Shown here in pieces: positions 36,256 to 46,790 of a stretch of 64,000 nucleotides of DNA. The DNA lies in assembly GCA_002269645.1 (NCBI GenBank), contig NIVC01003328.1, forward strand, positions 39,884 through 103,883. The letters are read 5' to 3'. The DNA is from Macrostomum lignano. Its lineage: Eukaryota. The translations under genes were made by a program, and so were the position numbers. Below the pieces are notes generated by a model that worked only from the letters and a program-made list of their open reading frames with translations, searched no databases and was not told the origin of the DNA. Each line of letters starts with the position of its first letter. The first letter of the stretch is position 1.

Positions 36256-36566
36256 TAGAGATGTTCTGAAACATCTGCAGTTTCCTCGAAATCAAAATTT
36301 GCTAACTTTCCAAAATCAAAATTGAAATTTCCCAAAATCATAATTTAGAAAAACAAAGCTTAGTATGATCAACACTCACTTTTTTACTTTCAATTTTCTG
36401 CCTAAGCAAAAAGTAATACATGTATATGTAGTAGAAAGTAGTTTATTTTTAGCAACTTTTTAGACACTACCAAAATTTTCACTTCTAAATTTCTTTTGAA
36501 ATTGAAATTCACTGTAAAAAATTTCAAATTTTGGAAAATTGAAATTGAATTTTCGGAACATCTCTA
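36256..36566. mobile_element. hAT-like MITE
   Basis: TIRs TAGAGATGTTCTGAAA / TTTCGGAACATCTCTA; TSD degraded. Confidence 0.65.
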
Positions 36567-36952
36567 AGCTTAGTAAATTACGAGTGTATAAGCCCCTTCA
36601 ACAGAAGTATTATACCCATTTCCATATATATGTATTTGCTAGAGCAATAGCCAGTAAGAAAGGGCAGCGCGCGTGCAGGCGCTGCACCTGTGCGTGCACT
36701 ACGCTTTAGAAAAATTTCAAAAGTGCACTGGACACCATCCGCGCTTTTACAACTTTTTCCTATAGGGGCAGGCAAGGAGGAAAAATCTGGTATAGTGTGA
36801 CACAAGACAAATATTGGCATAATTTGTTGCAAGACAAAAACTTTTGGCAAGACAATATTTTCATAGACAGAAAATTAGCATGTCTTTTTATTATCACTTT
36901 TTTGTTTGCTGGTAAGGGTGGGGTAAAGAAAAATAATTTGGAAAATAGCAGG

Positions 36953-37170
36953 GGGTTTTAACTTTTGAATTTCTGCCAACATTGTGTTTGCATGATTAAC
37001 TCCAGAAAATTCAGGCAGACAAATCACAACAAAATTTTCTCTTGTTTACTCCAGCTGCTGGTGGGTTTTAACTTTTGAATTTCCACCGACATTGTGTTCA
37101 CACAATTAACTCTGGAAAATTTGTGTAGACAAATCACTAAAAAATTTTCTCCTGTTTACTCCAGCTACCG
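36953..37170. repeat. Diverged tandem duplication of ~110 bp
   Basis: Two copies starting GGTTTTAACTTTTGAATTTC and ending TGTTTACTCCAGCT. Confidence 0.75.
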
Positions 37171-37788
37171 GGGTCCTCAATTCTAGGGAAAGATAGTCGT
37201 TGTTGTAGGCAAGCAGTCATTTAACAGGCATAGTCATTTAGACATTAACACTGTATTCTTGTCACCATATAAATTAATGTATGTCAATTTGTTAAGCCAA
37301 TTACTAATAGTAGAATAGTGCTGCCACCACTATAATTTCATATTATAGAACATTGAATTTTCAGAGCTTTCTTTGAGATAAGAACTTTGGGTTGTTTTAC
37401 ATCCCACGGGCAAATAACTGAATATAAAGCTATGGACTTAAGGAACAAACAACTAAATATTGTTTTGTCAGTTATTATTAAGTATTAAACTATTACTACA
37501 AGTGAATTAACTATTATTTATGATAAATATTAGAGATGCTATGAGACAATGTGATCCGGCATACTGGGTGCGGAATAAATAGGTTAATGGGATTTAACTG
37601 TGGTTCTGGCACTCAATGAAGGAATACAAATGAAAACAACTAAAACTTAAAACAGCAACAAAGTGAATAATATAAGTGGGAAACATGGCACTGCATAAAT
37701 AAAGGGGTAACATTTTATTGCCAGAGGGAGAGGCACTCACGGAAACTAGGTGGCAGAAACATGTCACTCTGAGAATCCCAGGTTGGAC

Positions 37789-39021
37789 CAGTGTTGGGCA
37801 CTTCCGTTACCGAGTAACTTGTAAATGGTAACACAAGTTACTTTTTCGTAAAGCGTTCCTTACGCAAGTTACTTTCCTATTTTGGTAACGGAGTAATGGT
37901 AAGTTACTCAAATTTCGGAAGTCCGTTACAGTTACTTTGCAACAATCGCAATATTTAAATTTAAAACTGATATGCTTAGGTATTACGCCAGTTGTCACAT
38001 TTTTAGTATTTTTCATTCCTAAATTCAAAACTAAGTGAATAATATCATACGGTATTACGCTGTAATTGATAAAGAAATACTTGAAACATGTTTTTACTTT
38101 GTTATTTTTGGTAAAATATTTTTGCTTTTTGTTTTTAAGTTAATAAAAATATTTTGTTTAGTTCTTAGAAACAAACAACCAAAGAAAGAAATCCATCTGT
38201 AGTCTCCACAAATCCACTCAGTGATCGACGTAGCCAGGAATTTTAATTGGGGGGGGGCGGGTTGGCCTGGCTGGCTATGCCTCATGCCATTGCCACTTTT
38301 AGCGCCGCAGGCACTCATTTTAGCGCCGCAAGCACTCATTTAAGCGCCGCAGGCACTCAATCGCCTCATGGTTTTTGGTACCCGCCATGCCCAACCCCAC
38401 CCCCCCCCCCAGGTGGGGTTTCTTGCAGGTGGGGTGAAGTTGCCGCCCCAACGATTGTTAAGGCGGCCTCCCTGGCTACACCACTAAAGTCCATTGGCAC
38501 TGCACTGCACTGCACAATAATTTAATATTATGATAATAATTGAAAATAAATAAAAAGACTAGTAAAGCAGACTGTAGAGTGGAGTAAAGCCAGGTACTTA
38601 TTACGAGCAATGTATTATCAAGGACAACTGAAGTTATGTTAAGTTGTCCTTGTGTATTATAACTTATAATGTTATTAAAAATTAAATTGCGTTTTGCCTT
38701 TAACGTTTCTGACCTTCAGCTTCTCTTTTTTATGGAAAGGGCCTAAAGTGATTAAAATTTAGTACAGTTACTGAAATTAATGTTGTTTTATTCTTCCTCC
38801 TGGCTTTCGCGATCATTTGTGCTGTTCCAGCGCATTTGCAATGTTAAAAAAGCAGAAAATTTTGTTAATAACATAGGTAACGGAAGTAAGTAACGGAAGT
38901 AACTTAAAAGTTACCGGGTTTTTATATAAAGTTACTAGGCTAACGTAAGTTACTTTTTAAAAAGTGGTAACTTAAGTTACAGTAACGCAAGTTACTTTTT
39001 TGAGTAACTTGCCCAACACTG
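37789..39021. mobile_element. hAT non-autonomous element, 1233 bp, with a nested GC-rich MITE at ~38219-38486
   Basis: TIR CAGTGTTGGGCA/TGCCCAACACTG; perfect TSD GGTTGGAC; GTAAC/GTTAC subterminal repeats. The nested element has (CAGTG..)CGTAGCCAGG / CCTGGCTACACCACTA ends. Confidence 0.9.
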
Positions 39022-41979
39022 GGTTGGACACTATGCAAATAGACGGAAACATTAGAAAAGAAGAGAAAATAACGTTAGTGGAGACAATTGCTGCCCTATG
39101 TAATAGGGAAGAAAATCAAAGGTTGTGTTAGGGGTTGGGCCAACTGGGGGCGTGACATCAATCCTGTTGGTGGTGCAGACATGAATGATTCAGTTAAGAA
39201 AAATATTTATTATTACAAAAGGTACCAAAAGGTTGAACAGGTCTTACAAAAATTGAACGGGGGTAACATGCAAAAACCTAAAGGATTAGGCTAAAGTTTT
39301 AGAGTCATTGCACCAAGTGGTAGATGCACTACCACAGCTGGTATATGGATGGCTTTTTTAAAGAAGAAACAGATTCAAATACAAGTTTAACCAGTATTTA
39401 AAATACTGATTTTTATGTTTTTGTTTCTTTTCAAAAAAGTTCTAGCACATGGCACAAGCAAACTGATTTGATAAGAATAGTTCTAGTGCATGGCACAAGA
39501 AAACTTTTTTGATAGGATTATTCTGGTATGTGGTGCAATCAAACTTTTTTGATAGGATTTGTTCTAGTGCAGGCATGCTAAGATCCTAACTCTATTCCCA
39601 CCTTGGGTCCTTCCCCTCCAGAATCCATTTCCCCCTCAACAAATTTTTGGTTGCAATACTGTGTAAGGAAGCCATAGTCTCAAAGATGGCCTATTATATG
39701 CCAGAATTTATAGCTATCCCCTAGTTTTGCAAATTTATTTTTTCAAATTTTAATGAACTTTAACAAAATTTTAACAATGTTTTAACAATAGTAGTTTGTT
39801 TGAATTATACTTGTTGGTTGTTGGTGCTGCAGGGTGTCTAGCCATGGTTGCTCAAGAGATTGATCACAATAAAGAAAGCAAACAAGGCAAGAAATCTCTC
39901 AGAATCCCAGTCTCTCTTGCCCCAGTCCCTTTTAAAAAATGGAGTGATTGCAAGTTTTGGCCATAGATATAGCCAATAGCTATCTTAAACTAGTAGATAG
40001 AGACATAAAAATAGATATACTACCACATCTTAAACTTGCACAAGTTTAAATACTTACTTGTAGTAACTAAGGTAAGGAAGTTCTTTTTTATTTAATATTT
40101 AAATGTGAAAAACAAGAAGTTTGCCAAATTTTCTTGCATATGTAACAGGGCTTTTGGCTCTCTCTAGAAATCCCACCATTGACACCAAAGTTGTAACAGG
40201 GGTTATTTCTTCCTCACGACCTTACTAATTATTACTTGCCTTTTACTAGTACTGCATGTACTTCTATTGGTAGCGTATGTACTTTTATTGGTAGTGTATG
40301 TACTTTCTTGTACTTCCTGGCCTGAGCAGTCTTTAGGCACCATTTATCCTATTCCTATACCCTTCTAAATATATTATTCTCTCAGTCCTGGGCGTTCCCG
40401 GGATCAGAGGGTCACAGCGTACTTTGCTGGATATTCTGCCTTGAGGCGGGTTTCTCAGACTCTAAGCCTGGATTTCTCTACCCTGTGGTAGGAATTCTGC
40501 CTTCTAAAGGCGGGTTACTAGACTCCTAAGTCTAGGATTTCTCGTTCTCTAAGAATGGACTGAACTCCCAATCTTGGGGCAACTCCTATGTCACTAACCA
40601 CTACTCGAAATAAGTAACACGAGTGATCACAAGCCCAAGGCTGATTTAAAGCTTGATCAATGTTCGAAACAATGGTACAAGACCAACAAACAAGAAAAGG
40701 TTAACAAGGTTATTTATTTTTGCTCCTAGCTGACTCCTATTTATAGTAAAAATTTTCCTATTATTTAAAACAAAGTATTAATACATAGAATATTCAGAAT
40801 ATTTTGCATATAAGAATATTTTTAGTATTCGCATAGTATAACAACAGTAGTACATTTTTGAAATGCAACTTTTTCTAAGAAATTGTTATAAAAACTGAAG
40901 GCCTATTATACATACATAATGGATTAGGGAGTGGGGCTTGGTATATATTGTTGCATATCATAGTATGATCAATGCACTTAGTATTTATAGATTAGTTATA
41001 AATCAATTTTAAGGATAACAATTCATACATGCCCAACACCTGTCCAACCTGTCCAAACTGGATGGGTGAAATGGCCACTGGCCAAGGTAAGTTGCAAAAT
41101 CTAAAATGCAAAAAACGAAAAATTTAGGAAAGAAAGAAAGGAAAGGAAGAGAAAAAGAAAAGAAAGGAGGGAGAAGAGAGAGAGGGGGAAAGAGGAAAGA
41201 GAAAGAGAAGAAAAGAAAAGAGAAAAAGGCAATAAAAGTAATATACAAAGTGAAAATTAAGTTGCAATTGGGGGAACTAAGTCGCAAAGCTGGACAAAAC
41301 ACTAAGTTGCACCTGACGGGTGAAATTTTGAGGTTGGGCATATATGTAACAATTGAATATAATGGGCCTATATATTAGGCCTTGGTTGAATGTGAATTTT
41401 AGGTCATGTGTGATTCAATTTTTTTGTCATGATAGTATATGATTTGTGGTTGTGATTTTTAATTTTTATGTTCCATTAAAACTAAAAAACACTTTTCTTC
41501 TAAAGAAAATCATATATACTACTGTTATAATTATAATGTTTAGAATTTGTTTGTTTGTTTAGAGTCATTCAGTCTTAAAAACAGTTTCTAATGAGTTTTT
41601 TGACACAAGAAACATTATTTAATATATATTATAAATATACAAGTTTTAAAATAAGTAGTATGTAGTTTAATTCATTTTGTTTATCTTGATCTCATAACTT
41701 TTTGGCATAGATATAGATTTCTCAAAGCCACTTTTTATCCTAGTATACACTTGAAATCTTTAAGACTATGGCAAAAAGGAGAGAGCAAGGTTAATTTATC
41801 CCTTTGGTAAACCTAGGTTAAAGGTATAAAGGAGACCAAGCAACCTTTTGGCAATACCCTGTGACAAATATCTGGTCCGAGAGTTTGCATGCTGACGGGC
41901 TGCTATTCAAGTAGTGATTGAAAACATAGTTGGTGGAGACCAATAACTGATAGAGCCAATTATTCTATTATGGATTACT

Positions 41980-42700
41980 GTCGCCAAGGTCAGCTCTGGC
42001 TCCATAAGCAGTCGCTCCCTGATGTGGTTGCTGAGCACTTTCTCGACGAGCTGGTCACGCAGCATCTTGGAGTCTTGGAAGGTCTTGAAGTCGCAGTTCA
42101 AAGCCAGGTTTCGTAGCGCGGCAACGAAGGTCGCTGATCTTTTCGCCCGGTCGCTGAGCTCTGTCGGAATCTGTGCCTCTCAGCAACTACGTTGACCTTG
42201 GGTCCGAAGTGCGTGTCCAGGAGCTTCAGCGTGTCATCGACTGTTGCTGGCGGATGCTCTTCTTCCTCCTGATTGCGACTGGCCTGCAGAGACACGTAGA
42301 TGTTTTGTCCCTCTGCACCCAAGCAGTGGATGAGCAGCGCTTGTTTTCTTAGCTCCAGCAGATCGATGGCTCCCGATGCTAGCAGGTAATTGCTGAACAT
42401 TGCTTTCCATCGGTTCCATTCAATCAGCGGTGCTCCAGCGGCTGGCAGAAACGGCTGCGGTGGCGATATGTTGAGACTCATTCTGTTGGCTGTATCTCTG
42501 CTTGACTGTTGGGCTGCTGCTTGTTGGGACCCTCGCTGTGGGTCGCCAATCTCACTTGCATTTGTGCCTTCTGTGCTGCTCATGACTTGGCAGATTTGAG
42601 TTCGCGCTTTTGCTGAGTCACGCTGGCCCAAATCAATTGATTTCTCCGTGCGACGCCTAAATGTAGTGAGCGAGAGACAAGCCAGTCAGGTTGAGCAAGG
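41980..42700 (-). mobile_element. Truncated Ty3/gypsy LTR retrotransposon: LTR 3' remnant, PBS-like site and frameshifted gag (ATG 42481)
   Basis: PFLP..GAPLIEWNRWKAMFSNYL, LLIHCLGAEG, HFGPKVNVVAERHRFRQ and MLRDQLVE..IRERLLMEPELTL are typical gag segments. There are two frameshifts near 42130-42165. The LTR-like end CACTACA is at 42662, followed by TTTAGGCGTCGC. Confidence 0.85.
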
Positions 42701-42739
42701 TATAATTGTACTTTTTGCCCATCCTTTCAGCTTTAAGCG

Positions 42740-45586
42740 ATGTCTGACCTGCCAGACACCTTCGACTACATTGTCTGGGGCGCCGGCCTGTCTGAGTGCA
42801 TCCTGTCCGCCGCCCTCACCAGGGCTGGGCACTCTGTACTGCACCTGGACAGCTGGCAGCAGTACGGCGGTGCCTGGCAGTCGCCGACTCTGCGTGATCT
42901 CGAGTCTCAGCTGGCAGAGGTCGCGCCCGGCGCCCGCCTGGCCTGGGCTCAGCCGGCCGAGGCCGATGCCTGGCGATCGAGGTCGCGCTATTTCTGCCTG
43001 GACCTGAGTCCGCGTCTCTGCTTCTGCCGGGGCGACACCGTGTCCGCGCTGCTGCAGTCTGACGTGTCCCGCTACCTGGAGTTCCTGCCGGTGTCCGGGC
43101 TGTACACTGTCGACGAGGCCGGCTGTCTGGAGCGGGCGCCGGTACAGCGCGGGCAGCTGTTCCGCAGCGACAGGTACCTGCTAGTTAGCTAGTGCTCAGT
43201 GGACCCGTGTCTCAGTGCTCAGTGGACCCATGTCTCAGTGCTCAGTGGACCCGTGTCTCAGTTCTCAGTAGACTCATGTCTCAGTGCTCAGTGGACCCAT
43301 GTCTCAGTGCTCAGTGGACCCATGTCTCAGTGCTCAGTGGACCCATGTCTCAGTGCTCAGTAGACCCATGTCTCAGTTCTCAGTAGACTCATGTCTCAAT
43401 GCTCAGTGGACCCATGTCTCAGTTCTCAGTAGACCCATGTCTCAGTGCTCAGTCGACCTTATGCAAGCAAGAGCCCTGCATTCTGTGTAATCCGCAACTC
43501 CGCCCCATCGCCAACTCCAGATTCTCGCTTGTGGAGAAGCTGCACTGCGGCCGCTTCGCCGAATTCTGCGTCTCCTGCCAGCCGGACCGGGACCTGGCGG
43601 ACGCGGGCAGCTTCCCAGAGCTGCTGGCCCGTCACGGCCTCCGCTCTGGCCCGGCCCAGCGTCTCTTCGCCCTCGCCGTCGGCATGTCGCCTCCGGACTC
43701 ACCAGCCGAGACCGTCGTGGCCGGCATTCGCCGATTCCTCGCCTCCTGCGGCGCCTACGGGCCCTCGCCTCTGCTGGTGCCGAAGTACGGCGCCTCCGAG
43801 ATCTGCCAGGCCTTCAGCCGGCACGCCGCCGTCTGGGGCGCCGTCTTCCACCTGGGCGCCGATCCGGACAGGCCACCGGCCGAGGCCCGGCGCCGCCTCA
43901 TCGTCAGCGACCGCTTTGCCCAGTCTGGCTGGCTCGACCTCGGCCGGAAGCGCCGCCTGTTCAGGCAGATTCTGGTCACCGACGGGTGCGTCTGCTGGTG
44001 CTGAGGCCCTTCCCGATCCTTCCGGGCACCTCTGCTGCCCTCTCTCCGATCCTTCAGGGCACCTCTGCTGCCCTCTCCGATCCTTCAGGGCACCTCTGCT
44101 GCCCTCTCCGATCCTTCAGGGCACCTCTGCTGCCCTTCCCGATTCTTCCGGGCACCTCTGCTGCCCTCTCCGATCCTTCCGGGCACCTCTGCTGCCCTTC
44201 CCGATCCTTCAGGGCACCTCTGCTGCCCTCTCCGATCCTTCCGGGCACCTCTGCTGCCCTTCCCGATCCTTCAGGGCACCTCTGCTGCCCTCTCCGATCC
44301 TTCAGGGCACCTCTGCTGCCCTTCCCGATCCTTCAGGGCACCTCTGCTGCCCTCTCCGATCCTTCAGGGCACCTCTGCTGCCCTTCCCGATCCTTCAGGG
44401 CACCCTGACTTACCCTGCCCTCGGCCAGCAGCTGTGCCTTCTATTCAATTTGACTGATATTGATGTCACGTGATGTCGCCATGCTTTACACCTATCCACT
44501 CGCAGTTCCTGGGCGCCCCGGTCGGAGGACCAGCAGGACGCTGACGAAGTCCGTCTAGCCGTCTGCATGCTGCCCGGCTTCACTCGGCCGCTTCTGGCGA
44601 TGGAGCTGCCGCCCGAGACTGGCTGCTGCCCGACTGGCACCCGTGTTGTCCACCTGCTGCAGCCCTGCAGCCCGGGAGAGTCGCCGCCCACCGACTGCGT
44701 GCAGTGCGCGCTGGCGCCCTTCACCGACCTGCGGTTTGAGCGGCTGCCCCCCTGCTGCCAGTGCGCGTCTGAGCCGACCGCCGCGAATCTACCAACTGAG
44801 ACTGCTTTGGATAAGAATCTGGGGCAGAGTGACTCAACAGGTCAACCGGCCGACTCAGCGGGTCAACCAGCCGACTCAGCGGGTCAACCAGCCGACTCAG
44901 TGGGTCAACGAGCTGACTCTATGAGTCAAACGGCCGACTCAGTGAGTCAACCAGACGACTCAGTGGGTCAACTGGCCGACTCAGCGAGACAACCAGACGA
45001 CTCAGTGGGTCAACCGGCCGACTCAGCAAGTCAACCAGCCAACTCAACGGGTCAACCGGCCGACTCAGCGATTCAGCCAGCCGACTCAGCGAGTCAATCA
45101 GCCGACTCAGCGGAACAACCAGCCGACTCATCGGGTCAACCGGCCGACTCAGCGGGTCAACCGGCCGACTCAGCAGATCAACCGGCAGCAGCCGCCGATG
45201 ACCAGCAGCCATTCCGCAAGCCCAGCTGCATTCTGTCGGTCTGCTTTGTCCAGGACGACCTGAGCGACTGCCTGAACCCCGGCGCCCTGCCGGACAATGT
45301 GACAGTCGTTCCGAGCCTCTATTCGGACTTCGACTTCGACGTGGCTTTCCAGCGGGCCAAGGAGCTGTTCGACGAGCTCTGCCCCGGCCAGGAGTTCCTG
45401 CCGCGGCCGCCGGACCAGGAGGACCTGGTGTTCGATCAGCCCGCCTCCGAGGCGCCGACAGTCAACGGCGACTGTGGCGAGGGCGAGAACGAGGGCGCGG
45501 CGGAGGCAGCCCCGCCTGCGACGCCTGCTGCCGAGGTAACCCCCAACGGCGACTCCAGCGAAAGCCAGCCTGAGAACGCGCGCTGA
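42740..45586 (+). CDS. CHM: Rab escort protein (REP/choroideremia family, RabGGTase component A), ~659 aa; exons 42740-43173, 43521-43985, 44506-45586
   Basis: DYIVWGAGLSECILSAAL..G..VLHLD...YGGAWQS, DLSPRL..RG....LLQSDVSRYLEF, PLLVPKYG..EICQAF and the C-terminal ELCPGQEFLPRPPDQED are REP-type rather than GDI-type. GT-AG introns with matching phases; 1980 nt total. Confidence 0.92.
43190..43456. repeat. 23-bp intronic minisatellite CTCAGTGCTCAGTGGACCCATGT
   Basis: Lies in REP intron 1. Confidence 0.93.
44006..44405. repeat. 31-bp intronic minisatellite CCGATCCTTCAGGGCACCTCTGCTGCCCT(CT/TC)
   Basis: Lies in REP intron 2. Confidence 0.93.
44831..45188 (+). repeat. 21-bp tandem repeat x17 encoding (QPADSAG)n within the REP reading frame
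   Basis: Unit GACTCAGCGGGTCAACCAGCC; the frame stays open throughout. Confidence 0.9.
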
Positions 45587-45939
45587 TTGTCATCGAGTTA
45601 ATGCGAACAAATCATTGTACTAATGAGCCAATTATTCTGTAATATTAGCATCCATTTTCTCTATCCAGCCTTTGCAATTGTCGAATGCTTATATTGATAT
45701 GTACTGGTTGGTGATTGGGCTGGAGTCCTGGCGCACAGTCGTGATAATCAATGATTTTGCTATTCAGACTTATTTATGATGCCTTCGATTTCAGATCTAT
45801 TCGGACTCGAGATGGCTTGTGAGCTAATTATTTTGAAAATGTATTAATAAAACCAAATGCGTCGGTCTGTCTTTATTTGCGCTATCGGATTCCATCATTT
45901 CTGATTTGCTTGCTATGGGAGCTGTGGAGACTTTGGTTG

Positions 45940-46676
45940 TGAATCTCCCTGCTTTGGATCAGTGAATCTCCTTGCTTTGGATCAGCGAATCTCCTTGCTT
46001 TGGATCAGTGAATCTCCTTGCTTTGGATCAGTGAATCTCCTTGCTTTGGATCAGTGAATCTCCTTGCTTTGGATCAGCGAGTCTCCTTGCTTTGGATCAG
46101 TGAATCTCCTTGCTTTGGATCAGTGAATCTCCTTGCTTTGGATCAGTGAATCTCCTTGCTTTGGATCAGTGAATCTCCTTGCTTTGGAGCAGCGAATCTC
46201 CTTGCTTTGGATCAGTGAATCTCCTTGCTTTGGATCAGTGAGTCTCCTTGCTTTGGATCAGTGAGTCTCCTTGCTTTGGATCAGCGAATGTCCTTGCTTT
46301 GGATCAGTGAGTCTCCTTGCTTTGGATCAGTGAGTCTCCTTGCTTTGGATCAGCGAGTCTCCTTGCTTTGGATCAGTGAGTCTCCTTGCTTTGAATCAGT
46401 GAGTCTCCTTGCTTTGGATCAGTGAATCTCCTTGCTTTGGATCAGTGAATCTCCTTGCTTTGAATCAGTGAGTCTCCTTGCTTTGGATCAGCGAATCTCC
46501 TTGCTTTGGATCAGTGAGTCTCCTTGCTTTGGATCAGCGAATCTCCTTGCTTTGGATCAGCGAATGTCCTTCTTTGGATCAGTGAGTCTCCTTGCTTTGG
46601 ATCAGCGAATGTCCTTGTTTTGGATCAGCGAGTCTCCTTGCTTTGGATCAGCGAGTCTCCTTGCTTTGGATCAGTC
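45940..46676. repeat. 23-bp intergenic minisatellite GAATCTCCTTGCTTTGGATCAGT
   Basis: About 32 units between the REP AATAAA (45847) and the GSTCD start. Confidence 0.95.
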
Positions 46677-46790
46677 AGCCAATTGCTATGCTAGTAGTGC
46701 AAGAAACAGTTTTCAAAGAACAAAATTGGTTGCAAGGTTAAAAAGGGCCGACCTCATTTTTCACCTGCTGCGAGCCACCGCCAGAGCCGC

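Noticed and set aside
21360-41980. Whole AT-rich block as one giant transposon (Polinton/Helitron)
   Set aside because: No convincing terminal repeats or TSD (only a weak AGTAA..AATAGAAT similarity) and no long ORFs for polymerase, integrase or helicase.
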